A DNA stretch of 64,000 nucleotides from Penicillus capitatus (taxonomy: Eukaryota > Plantae > Chlorophyta). Shown here in pieces: positions 51,174 through 61,583 of the stretch; within the stretch, counting starts at the first letter, position 1; the number at the start of each line of letters is the position of its first letter. The stretch is taken from assembly GCA_965649825.1 (NCBI GenBank), contig OZ287697.1:1598351-1662350 (forward strand). Reading direction: 5' to 3'. The notes below the pieces were generated by a model. The model saw nothing but the letters and a program-made list of their open reading frames with translations. It searched no databases and was not told the origin of the DNA. Both the position numbers and the translations under genes were made by a program.

Positions 51174-54100
51174 ATGGGGCCGTTCTCAAGGAGTAAGACG
51201 GTTCCATTGTGTTGCAAGGGTTTCACCGATCCAGAACAAGCAACGCGAGGCCTGGCCCACTTGCCGCAGAGTGCTCTTCGTCATCACGTTCACGTCCTTT
51301 CTGGTCATAACAGAGGCGTCGAAAAGTTCATCTACGTGGGAAATCTCGGCCTTCTGGGCGGCGGCGACAGAGCACCTCCGTCCAGCAGTGATGCGCTCGG
51401 ACACCAGACTGCCGAAAGCAATGCTTTTCACTCGGCGGCGCAAAGGGATTTGATTGAATCGGAGAGATCACTCATCCGAAAGTTTTTTGGCAAAAAATCG
51501 AATCAAAGTATCGAAAAAGTCGTGAAGGCGTTCAACGAAACGGACGACGATGCGCAGAAAACCGGTCTGGCGAAAGTGCTTCGGAAGATTATCTGCGTCT
51601 TTAACGAAATGCCCGTCAGAGACATAATCGACAACCGAGGAGCCATAATCCATGAGTATCTGGCCGTATGCACACTCCACAGCGTCGGCGAAGAACACTT
51701 GTCTCTCCACAAGGACCTCTTCGACGGGATTTGCAACAAGCTGTACTCCAGCGCTCTCAACGACAGACACGTGATGGAGGCTGTAGAGCACACCCTTCAG
51801 ATCGTCGACACGGAGGTCTTCGAGGAGGATCCGAGCTGTCTCGTTAATCTCGCCGAGTTCCTATTCGACGCGTTTGATCCGGACGGCGTGAGCTTTTCGA
51901 AAGAAATGTTTGCCTTACAGTGCAGCGCTATGTACGCTCTTCTCGAGTGTTTAAGAATCCTCCACGACGTCCACTTGGGCAATTGGAATCCAGAGAAGCT
52001 TGAGTGGCTCTACGCCAAGTTCGAGGACTGGAGTCAGAGGGCGATCGACCTTAGAAGACACTACTACTATCCATTAAAATTCCAAGCGACGCTGGCGGTG
52101 CAGGGTTTGAACCTTTTGCGGTCCTGTAGGCGAGCCGTCCGCAAGGCGAACAACGCAAGGCTCGTCGCCAATCTTGCGCACTGCGCGGAGGGAAAAAATC
52201 AAGCGGTGCGAGGGGCAGTCCATCTCGACTTCGACCTCGGAAAAGCAGGGTCCGTGACGAGAGCGCTGCTACAAGCGTTCCTACAGGCGAGGCACAGCAA
52301 AATCGTCTGCGAAGATCAATGGTGCACGTGCCTTCATGCCATGAGTAGTGCGTGTTTTGCGGCCATGGACGATCTATTAGCCTTTGAAGTATTCAGCGAG
52401 CTTCTCTCCTTTCTTGCGCTCAACGCAGAGAGTACCGACGACGAAAGCCGCAAGGCTCTGAGGTTCGGTGTTGCGAAGATGTTGAGCAATCTCGCTGTCT
52501 ATGGAAAGGATGGAGTCGTTCGCGGAGCGAGCATCGAGACCCTCGCAAGCCTCGTCGAACGAATAGACAAGTGGGACTGGTTGAGCGATCCCGATCTCTT
52601 CATAGAGTTGCTCGACAACCTTTCGGAGCTTAGCGTTCGAGGCTACGAGGACGAGAAGCGTGAAGCACGCAAAGCTTTACGAAAATTGGCATTGAACGTG
52701 CACACCGAGGCATGCGAAGAAGCGCTGTCCAAGTGGCGGGGAGGAAAAACGGTCGAGGAACGAATCGAGTCGCTCTCCTCCGATCGATCGCACACGTCGA
52801 GCAACGTGCTGTTTTCGCAAGTTTGGAAAAGTGTCAAAAAAGAACTGACGCCGGCGAAGACTGGAGATCCTTCTCATACGAAGAAGAACCGTTTTTTGAC
52901 CTCTCCTTACATCACTCGTCACTTTGCCGGGAGGAAGGAAGAATTTAGCGAGCTCATGGATGCTTTCACGTCGACTGGCGAATCGGTCTTTTTCAAGGCA
53001 ATTGTAGGCCCGGGCGGAATAGGAAAGACTCAGCTCGCGATAAAGGTATTCGACCAGCTAAAAAGCAAGGGCAAATACGACCACACCTTCTGGATCCCTT
53101 CGGATTCGAGGGAAAGTCTATCCACCGCCTTCTTCCAGATGGCAGAATACCTGAATATGTTCGCGGTCGACGACATCCCGGAGCTTGTCAAAAGCGTTTA
53201 CGAAGAACTCGGAAGATCACGCATTCTCTACGTCTTCGATGACGCCATTGATCTCAACATGATTTGCGAGTACCTCCCGCCGGCAGTTGGACACGTCATT
53301 GTCACGACGAGAGACGTCGAAGCGAAGGGCTGGGAGAGCGACACGATGCAGCTCGGGCCATTCGACGATTGCGAAGCGTGGTTTCTGGCACAGAAATTTG
53401 GATATACCCTGTCGCCGCATTCGGAGGGTTTGAACGAATTGCTCGATTTTCTGCCTCTTTATCCGCTCACCCTGTCTCAGTTTTTCTCGATGATGAATTA
53501 CGAGAACGTGCCAAGCCCCGCAGAATGGATAGAAAAGGCGGGACGATATTCACCTTCAAGAAGCGAAGCTAGGGCAATAGAAATGCTCTCCAGAGAGCAC
53601 GACCTAAGAGGAGCCAGTGCGATGGTCTTCTTGTTTCGATCTAGCGTGCTGAGCATTTCGAGAGAACCCGGCGACATTGGAACGCACTCTCTCGATATAC
53701 TCACCAAGCTGGCGTTGCTCGACCCAAATGGAGTCCCCATCGCATGGGTGTACAAATGGTACGAACACGAGGATCAACAATCCGAAACCAAAACGCAAAA
53801 ATCAATAAGACTGCTTGAGCGTTTCTCCTATGTCTCGTGGAACATAGAGAATAAGCAGATCTACATTCACGCCGAGACGCAGCTTCTAGCAAGACACCTC
53901 CTCTTACACGTCGACGAAAGAAGCCCCGGCCAAAAGGAAGAGCGTGGAGAGCATGCGGAAGAGAAATCCAGAGCTCACATCAACACCATTGTGCATTCAA
54001 TCGATCAATACGTCGGAGATTGGAGAACGGATGTCTCGAACCGAGAACTGTGGACCTCGCTTGCTCGAAATGGGGTTTCACTCCTCAGAAATTGCGGAAG

Positions 54101-56171
54101 AGACCAAGATATCGGCGTAGAGTTGAAGCTATTAGAACACATGGCAAAAGCTTACTCCGAGATGTGCATGTTTCGTGAGGCGCTTACGTACTATCAAAAA
54201 GCACTCGAGATGTGCGAGCGCCTGCACGCCGGAGCGGACCATCCGGACCTCGTCGATTGCATCAGAGAATACGCCGTCGGACTCTCGAAGAACGGAAGGG
54301 ACAACGAAGCTATGCCGTTCCGCTTGAGGGCCCTCGAGATGTGCGAGCGCCTGCACGCCGGAGCGGACCATCCGGACCTCGTCGATTGCATCATAGAATA
54401 CGCCGTCGGACTCTCGAAGAACGGAAGGGACAACGAAGCTATGCCGTTTCTCTTGAGAGCACTCGAGATGTGCGAGCGCCTGCACGCCGGAGCGGACCAT
54501 CCGGACCTGGTCGATTGCATCAGAGAATACGCCGTCGGACTCTCGAAGAACGGAAGGGACAACGAAGCTATGCCGTTCCGCTTGAGGGCCCTCGAGATGT
54601 GCGAGCGCCTGCACGCCGGAGCGGACAATCCGGACCTCGTCCAGTGCATCAGAGAATACGCCGTCGGACTCTCGAAGAACGGAAGGGACAACGAAGCTAT
54701 GCCGTTTCTCTTGAGGGCACTCGAGATGTGCGAGCGCCTGCACGCCGGAGCGGACCATCCGGACCTCGTCGATTGCATCATGAACTACGCCGTCGGACTC
54801 TCGAAGAACGGAAGGGACAACGAAGCTATGCCGTTCCGCTTGAGGGCCCTCGAGATGTGCGAGCGCCTGCACGCCGGAGCGGACCATCCGGACCTCGTCG
54901 ATTGCATCAGAGAATACGCCGTCGGACTCTCGAAGAACGGAAGGGACAACGAAGCTATGCCGTTCGACTTGAGGGCCCTCGAGATGTGCGAGCGCCTGCA
55001 CGCCGGAGCGGACCATCCGGACCTCGTCGATTGCATCAGGAACTACGCCGTCGGACTCTCGAAGAACGGAAGGGACAGCGAAGCTATGCCGTTTCTCTTG
55101 AGGGCACTCGAGATGTGCGAGCGCCTGCACGCCGGAGCGGACCATCCGGACCTCGTCGATTGCATCATGAACTACGCCGTCGGACTCTCGAAGAACGGAA
55201 GGGACAGCGAAGCTATGCCGTTCCGCTTGAGGGCCCTCGAGATGTGCGAGCGCCTGCACGCCGGAGCGGACCATCCGGACCTCGTCCAGTGCATCAGAGA
55301 ATACGCCGTCGGACTCTCGAAGAACGGAAGGGACAACGAAGCTATGCCGTTCCGCTTGAGGGCCCTCGAGATGTGCGAGCGCCTGCACGCCGGAGCGGAC
55401 CATCCGGACCTCGTCCAGTGCATCAGAGAATACGCCGTCGGACTCTCGAAGAACGGAAGGGACAGCGAAGCTATGCCGTTCCGCTTGAGGGCCCTCGAGA
55501 TGTGCGAGCGCCTGCACGCCGGAGCGGACCATCCGGACCTCGTCCAGTGCATCAGAGAATACGCCGTCGGACTCTCGAAGAACGGAAGGGACAACGAAGC
55601 TATGCCGTTCGACTTGAGGGCCCTCGAGATGTGCGAGCGCCTACACGCCGGAGCGGACCATCCGGACCTCGTCGATTGCATCAGGAACTACGCCGTCGGA
55701 CTCTCGAAGAACGGAAGGGACAGCGAAGCTATGCCGTTCCGCTTGAGGGCCCTCGAGATGTGCGAGCGCCTGCACGCCGGAGCGGACCATCCGGACCTCG
55801 TCCAGTGCATCAGGAACTACGCCGTCGGACTCTCGAAGAACGGAAGGGACAGCGAAGCTATGCCGTTCGACTTGAGGGCACTCGAGATGTGCGAGCGCCT
55901 GCACGCCGGAGCGGACCATCCGGACCTCGTGGATTGCATCAGAGAATACGCTGTCGGACTCTTAAAGACGGGAAGGGACAACGAAGCTATGCCGTTCCTC
56001 TTGAGGGCCCTCGAGATGTGCGAGCGCCTGCACGCCGGAGCGGACCATCCGGACCTCGTGGATTGCATCAGAGAATACGCTGTCGGACTCTTAAGGACGG
56101 GAAGGGACAACGAGGCGGTTGCTTTTTTTCAAAAAGCGGAAGAATTACGTGAGCGGCTTGAGTACCGTTAA
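51174..56171 (+). CDS. NLR-like protein: N-terminal helical domain, NB-ARC NTPase and 15 highly conserved TPR repeats
   Basis: 1682-codon ORF; first in-frame ATG at 51174, true start uncertain. FAGRKEEF, Walker A GPGGIGKT (53007-53030), ILYVFDDA, GHVIVTTR. 43-aa kinesin-light-chain-type TPR repeats. Confidence 0.92.
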   Translation: MGPFSRSKTVPLCCKGFTDPEQATRGLAHLPQSALRHHVHVLSGHNRGVEKFIYVGNLGLLGGGDRAPPSSSDALGHQTAESNAFHSAAQRDLIESERSLIRKFFGKKSNQSIEKVVKAFNETDDDAQKTGLAKVLRKIICVFNEMPVRDIIDNRGAIIHEYLAVCTLHSVGEEHLSLHKDLFDGICNKLYSSALNDRHVMEAVEHTLQIVDTEVFEEDPSCLVNLAEFLFDAFDPDGVSFSKEMFALQCSAMYALLECLRILHDVHLGNWNPEKLEWLYAKFEDWSQRAIDLRRHYYYPLKFQATLAVQGLNLLRSCRRAVRKANNARLVANLAHCAEGKNQAVRGAVHLDFDLGKAGSVTRALLQAFLQARHSKIVCEDQWCTCLHAMSSACFAAMDDLLAFEVFSELLSFLALNAESTDDESRKALRFGVAKMLSNLAVYGKDGVVRGASIETLASLVERIDKWDWLSDPDLFIELLDNLSELSVRGYEDEKREARKALRKLALNVHTEACEEALSKWRGGKTVEERIESLSSDRSHTSSNVLFSQVWKSVKKELTPAKTGDPSHTKKNRFLTSPYITRHFAGRKEEFSELMDAFTSTGESVFFKAIVGPGGIGKTQLAIKVFDQLKSKGKYDHTFWIPSDSRESLSTAFFQMAEYLNMFAVDDIPELVKSVYEELGRSRILYVFDDAIDLNMICEYLPPAVGHVIVTTRDVEAKGWESDTMQLGPFDDCEAWFLAQKFGYTLSPHSEGLNELLDFLPLYPLTLSQFFSMMNYENVPSPAEWIEKAGRYSPSRSEARAIEMLSREHDLRGASAMVFLFRSSVLSISREPGDIGTHSLDILTKLALLDPNGVPIAWVYKWYEHEDQQSETKTQKSIRLLERFSYVSWNIENKQIYIHAETQLLARHLLLHVDERSPGQKEERGEHAEEKSRAHINTIVHSIDQYVGDWRTDVSNRELWTSLARNGVSLLRNCGRDQDIGVELKLLEHMAKAYSEMCMFREALTYYQKALEMCERLHAGADHPDLVDCIREYAVGLSKNGRDNEAMPFRLRALEMCERLHAGADHPDLVDCIIEYAVGLSKNGRDNEAMPFLLRALEMCERLHAGADHPDLVDCIREYAVGLSKNGRDNEAMPFRLRALEMCERLHAGADNPDLVQCIREYAVGLSKNGRDNEAMPFLLRALEMCERLHAGADHPDLVDCIMNYAVGLSKNGRDNEAMPFRLRALEMCERLHAGADHPDLVDCIREYAVGLSKNGRDNEAMPFDLRALEMCERLHAGADHPDLVDCIRNYAVGLSKNGRDSEAMPFLLRALEMCERLHAGADHPDLVDCIMNYAVGLSKNGRDSEAMPFRLRALEMCERLHAGADHPDLVQCIREYAVGLSKNGRDNEAMPFRLRALEMCERLHAGADHPDLVQCIREYAVGLSKNGRDSEAMPFRLRALEMCERLHAGADHPDLVQCIREYAVGLSKNGRDNEAMPFDLRALEMCERLHAGADHPDLVDCIRNYAVGLSKNGRDSEAMPFRLRALEMCERLHAGADHPDLVQCIRNYAVGLSKNGRDSEAMPFDLRALEMCERLHAGADHPDLVDCIREYAVGLLKTGRDNEAMPFLLRALEMCERLHAGADHPDLVDCIREYAVGLLRTGRDNEAVAFFQKAEELRERLEYR
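54201..56113 (+). repeat. 15 near-identical 129-bp TPR-coding repeats
   Basis: The anchor ctcgagatgtgcgagcg occurs at 54204, 54333 and so on to 56010; 1806/129 = 14 steps, giving 15 copies. Confidence 0.96.
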
Positions 56172-57538
56172 AACCTGTCTTCTCGTCGAGCTTGCTTGTT
56201 TATAACTTGTAAGTTGTTGTTTATGCCCTCCCTTTCTACAGAATTGGATTTCAAGGTGTTTTGCTAGCAATTCCCCTGATTTCCACATTCTAATGTCACG
56301 AAAGCTACACTAATGTTTTGTGTTGCGAGCTGTTTAATGTGAGAATTTCTCTTCGGCCAACTCCAGTTTTTGTAATGTCATTCGCTTATCCGATACGGTC
56401 AGCGTTGTTCCATTTGGATCCTCAACTCTGCCAGCTTAGAGTGGGAACCGCCGTACTCTGTCGTTCTCTTCCTTGGTGCGAATGGTTTATATCTCCTGTC
56501 TAGAACACTTTTGGAATTACACCTCTGGAAGCCGATCCGCTACTACGACAATCTCTTCTCCTGTTTTTTGTCTAGAGATAGGTTTATCTCCAGCGCTTGC
56601 TACGTCGCAGATATCACGTCAACCATCTCTGTCGACCCGCCCGAAATCTTACATAGGATGCACTCCATGGCAATTGAGCATAGCACCAGTGCTCCACCCC
56701 TTCCCACCCATGAACAACATCGTCGGCTGCGGAAACCAAATTAAAAGATTCTGCAATTTTTCACAAACCCATGGCATATTAGAACTGCGGATGCAGGAAA
56801 ATCGTCTGGAGAACTATTCCATCTCGCTGTTTTCCAATCACCGACCTTGCACTTTGCATGAATGTGCCGCTATCAAGACTTACATGTCTGCAGGAGATGT
56901 ACTGCTAGGAATTCGTGTCCTTTGTAGAAGAGAGGCTTCCACTCCATCAGGAATGCAAACCGTAACGGCTTGTTCTGTATCTATATGTGTCCTTGATGTG
57001 ACGCCTGCGTCGTTTCGATGTCTGGCTCCTTGCTTCCGCGTCGCCCTGCTCGATGGACAACTCAAACAATTGCCGGCGTCGTTCTCTGGTCAAGCGCACA
57101 TTCCTCTCACTCTTTTCTCTCTCACTCTGGTTACAGTCTCCTGCAGCTTTTGTTGTTTTGGCATATCGTCCACACCATCCGTGACGCCATTCACGTACAT
57201 CCCATCTTCATTCTACTCTTCCCAACGACGGGAGTCAGATAGTCACTCTCAATCGCAATACCTCACCCATTGTCTGCGTTCCTAGATCCTATTCCTCGCC
57301 ACTTTTCTACCGACTCTCGTTTTCCTCTCGTTAGAAAACGACTTCTATGGACTGAATCCTTTAAATCCCGTCCATTACCTCAAAATCTGTTGGAAGACAT
57401 ACAAAGCACTTGCCACCAACGACTGGAAAGTAAGCACGGGCGAACAGCTTCCCCATTCAACGAGCATCCGAATTCACATCCGCGTTTCTTCCCATAGATT
57501 GGAAGCAAAGATATGTAACGAAGGCCAGATGGAGACGT

Positions 57539-59267
57539 TTAGTACGGAACCGATGTATCCTGCTGTTCTCGCGCTGCCATCAGTTTTCTGTAAGTGAGAT
57601 GGACGAGAAAGATCATCTGCCAAAAGGCCAGTACAGCTGGCGAAGTTCTCTCCATCTCTTCATCCTCCACTGTCACCCACGACGTCCCATACTCCTCCAC
57701 CTAAACAGCCGATCCCCATCTACCCCCAGATGCTGGACAAAGTGCATCGACATCTTGCCTTCTGCTTTTCTGCCTCTTCTCGGTACTTAGGCAGGTACGC
57801 CAGCACATCTGGCACATTCTTCAGGCGATGTGACAGGTCAAGGCTGGCTTCGGCCTCGTTTTCAGACACCGCCACTCTTCGTAGAGAGTTTGTCACGAAG
57901 GTCGAGAGGTTTGTCATCTCGAACATCTGCGAGTCGTCTGTCACATCAAAGGCCCATCCCCATCCAGATGACACCGTCGATAGGCGATGTGACAGTCCAC
58001 TCTGAGCTAGTGTCATATAGACGATGCTCACCCACCTGGTTCCTTTGCGTCTTCAGCGTCCAAACAGTCAATAGGATGGGGGTGGACCTGCCGAAGAGTT
58101 GTCGACTGATGCCGCCGGCGACGCCTTGCGTTTCGGCGTCCTGAATCGGCAGTGATCTGCACGCCTGTTCGTATTGGAATTCTGTAATGCTGTCGACCAG
58201 GTCCTTCGCAGCCAGTCCTGTCTCATACCCTTCGGTCACACTCGTGACGAAGTGATCGATGCAGTAGACGGATCCTTGCGCCGCTCCGATAAACGCAATC
58301 AACGATTTCAGCGCAATGCCGTGCCGATCGCGGCCGCCGTCAAAGGCCAGTACGAATCGCTGGGCATCGGACGGATCCTCTGTCTCTTCGTTTAACAGCC
58401 GAGCCAGCGATACCGTCAAGGCAACGAGCAACGAATTGAGATGCATGAGTTTTAACGACGGTGTCACGCCTTCGGCCTAAACATAGACACACGATCTGTG
58501 CAGGGATCATTTGGATCGAGGACGGAGACATTCTGTGCCTCTTCCTGAATCTGGATCATGTCCTCGACGGTGGTGCCCGAACGGCAGAGCGTCAGGATCT
58601 GCTCAACGAACGGCTTCATGGTTAGGGCATTGCTGCCGATGATCTTTTCGATCGACGCAGAGGGGAGATGTGGGACGGCCATGGACTGAAGGGTCAACAT
58701 CACGATGACAGACCATGAGAGCAGGATGTCCTGTTCGGCATCGGAAAGCACTGGCCCTCCCGATTCCAACGGCTTCACGGCCAACAGAATCTGCAGACTT
58801 GAGCAGCGACCTCTCGAAGGTCAGATTCCAGCGGACGGTTACAGACCTGTAGCTCAGAGATGGTGCATTTCTCAAGGTAGAGAGCCGTCACGGTATGGAC
58901 CAGGCAGTCCAGAGCGAAAGGGGATTGCGCATGGCTGGCCAAGAAACACAGGATCAGAGCATCGGACCAACGTCTCAGCAGAAGATCCTGGTGACAGAGA
59001 CGGCGGCTCGTCTGGGAAGAGGATCCGTTTTGCAGGTACCCTTCGTTCGGCAGTCACTGCGTCTGTTTTCGGTTCCTGACTGCGCAGTCGATGACGTCTG
59101 CTGCCGATCGCGATACCGAAGCGAAGCGTCGGGCGATGACGGCAAGGGCCATGCGATGAGATAGCGACGTGTTCCGTCCGCGTCGTTATCGGACGCTTCG
59201 ATCGTAGCGGACGACAGAACGGCGAAATTCGAGCCGTCACGCCAAGGCAACGACCGACTGTGAGCAT
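57539..59267 (-). CDS. Hypothetical multi-exon protein, possibly organelle-targeted
   Basis: Arg/Ser-rich N-terminus (MLTVGRCLGVTARISPFCRPLRSKRP). Clean GT-AG introns at 58846-58791 and 58529-58477 join protein-like frames. Probable GC-AG intron 57758-57701, then stop at 57541-57539. Two junctions (~58971 and ~58031) are uncertain. No family recognised. Confidence 0.55.
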
Positions 59268-59623
59268 GTCTCTCCTTGTGCCCGTCGGGAAACGTCACAT
59301 CAAATCGCAGCAGAGGTGATTCCTCACCTCTGTCATCATATGGCTAACCTGACAGTCCAAGTTACAGGGAGTCTTCAAAATGCCTTAGTCCTTGTCAGCG
59401 TCCATTTGATTGCACAAAACCAGAATATCCATCCAACGTCTTTTATTGGGATAAGACATTGTTTGCTGCAAATTTCGTCTAGACAGAGATAGACGGGGGA
59501 ACACATGGTGTTGGAGCATTTCATCAGAGAGTTGTCTTTGAATGTGGGTCAGTTGAGCTGCCAGAACTCCAGAAGCAGAATTCCTGAATACGTATCAGCA
59601 ATGGCGGCGCATTCTGTTGGCTA

Positions 59624-61147
59624 TCAGTTATCGGTCGATTCAGGCGTTTGTGGTGCAGCATCCTCCAGCGCAGGCGGCTGTCGTGCATCGTAGTCTCCGC
59701 AGGCAGAGATGTGGTGCATGACCTCTTCGTCATCTTGTTTCTTGTTAGGGATACCGTGTAGCGATGCATTGAGTCCACTGATTTCTTCCTCCCGAGCAAC
59801 GCGGAGCTTACCGGTGGTTTTGAGGTAAGAGAAGAGAGCGAAATTAAAAGAACATGACCAAAAAGCTATAACGAGGGCACCGAGCAACTGGATGCTCAAT
59901 TGACGACCATCGCCGCCGTAGAACAGACCGTAATCGGTTTCACCTAAAGTCACACTTTGTGACGAAAAGAGTGAGAATGTGGCATCCTGCCATCAATGAA
60001 ATTTTCGTAGGCTCTTTTGACGTTGGTTTCGGTGGCGAAGAGTCCAACGCAGACGGTGCCGATGAATCCGGGAGAGAAGTGAACGGCCGACGCTTCGAGT
60101 GGGTCATCCACTTTCAAAACGAGCAGCAACTTGGCGGTGAGATAGTAGGCGATACCACTGAGAGATCCGATGATGATCGCGGCAAAGGGCTCGACGACGG
60201 CACATCCAGCCGTGATGCCAACCAGACCCGAGAGCAGTCCATTCAATCCCGGCGCAATCTGAATGCGATGGCCAGACATGACGTGGAAAAACAAGACCGT
60301 CAACGAACTCGATGCGGCACTCAGCGTCGTATTGACGGCGGCCAGCGATGCCGTGACCATGCATCCGTGGACACATGTCTCGGATGCCGAGTTGAAGGCG
60401 TACCAGCCGAACCAGAGGAGAAATGTTCCCAACATGATCAGCGACTGATTGTTACAGCGAAGATCGATGACGTTGCCCTGGGTGTCAAAGCGACCGGCAC
60501 GGGGTCCCAAGAACCACGCGGCGAAAAAGGCGGCGCCGCCACCGGTGACATGCACGACACTGGAGCCTGAGAAATCGAGGAGACCTAAGGACCCTTCAAA
60601 CGCTCTGGACTCGCGAAAGGCCGAGAGCCATCCCCAATCCGACCACACCCAATGCGCGACTACCGGATAGACGAACCCAGTGATGACGATGGTGTAGATG
60701 ACGTAGGCTTGGTAGCGGCAACGTTCGGCAGCGGCACCGGAGACAATGGTGGCCGATGTGGCCGCAAAGGCCCACTGAAAGATCCAATGCGAGTAGTACT
60801 CCGGCCGCTCACTGACTTCGACGCTTGCCATAAAGAAATTGGATCCACCGACGAAGTTACGCAGACCCTGTGTTCCTTCTCCATAGGCCAGAGGATAACC
60901 GATGGCCCACCAGACGATGGCTGCCACGCAGGAATCCAGCAAGTTCTGTCGACAGACGTCGAGGGAGAAGAGAGATGCGTGACGGGTGGACCTTAAGGAG
61001 GATGTTCACGGTGTTGCGTTTTCGGACCGTTCCAGCTTCGAGCATTGAGAAACCGCATTGCATCAAGAAAATGAGGTAGGCCGCAAAGAGTGTCCACAAA
61101 ATCGTTAAGTCCATTTCCATCTCGGTCTCCGGTATTCTCTCGTTCAT
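59624..61147 (-). CDS. AMT1: Ammonium transporter (Amt/Mep/Rh family, AMT1-like)
   Basis: LIFLMQCGFSMLEAGTVRKRNTVNILLKN, FQWAFAATSATIVSGAAAER, DFSGSSVVHVTGG, LLWFGWYAFN, DDPLEASAVH. Introns 60991-60946 (GT-AG) and 59990-59944 (GC-AG inferred). Confidence 0.95.
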
Positions 61148-61583
61148 CGCGTCCTTATATAAAGCGCCGACGCCTGTGTCGTTTTTTTCGAAAGTCAAGA
61201 CGCGATGGTTTGTGCCCGAAGAGAACGGCGCCAAAAACGAAAGTGTCTCAGGGTCACGCCGTCAGTGGAAAAGCGCAAGCGAGTTCAGACGAATGCCACG
61301 TCGGAGAGAGAACCGTGTCTGCATCTGTGGAGACGGTTGGCGAAAAGAAGAACCGCTAAGAGCCATGATCGACGCTTTTGACCTCTTATCTGGCCAAGAG
61401 ACCACCGATAGACATCTCACCTCTCTGGATGTCCCCGAGCTGCCCCACAACACCGAGCCCTTCGCGATCACCCACTGAACACCGGACGTCAGTCACTGTG
61501 AAATGCCGCCTCGTTTCCGACACGTTATAGCCATGAATGCGTGGGGACCGTTTTGAGAAGATGACATCGATTTATGCGGTCTA

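Noticed and set aside
54132-56152. Long alternative-frame ORFs over the TPR array (646 aa +, 466 aa - and others)
   Set aside because: These follow automatically from a 129-bp unit that lacks stops in those frames; there is no independent evidence of coding.
56473-57500. 270-aa + ORF and a PHD-like C..C....HIHAKC fragment on the minus strand
   Set aside because: The ORF composition looks like a non-coding or antisense shadow. The PHD-like motif needs a frameshift and two stops to assemble.
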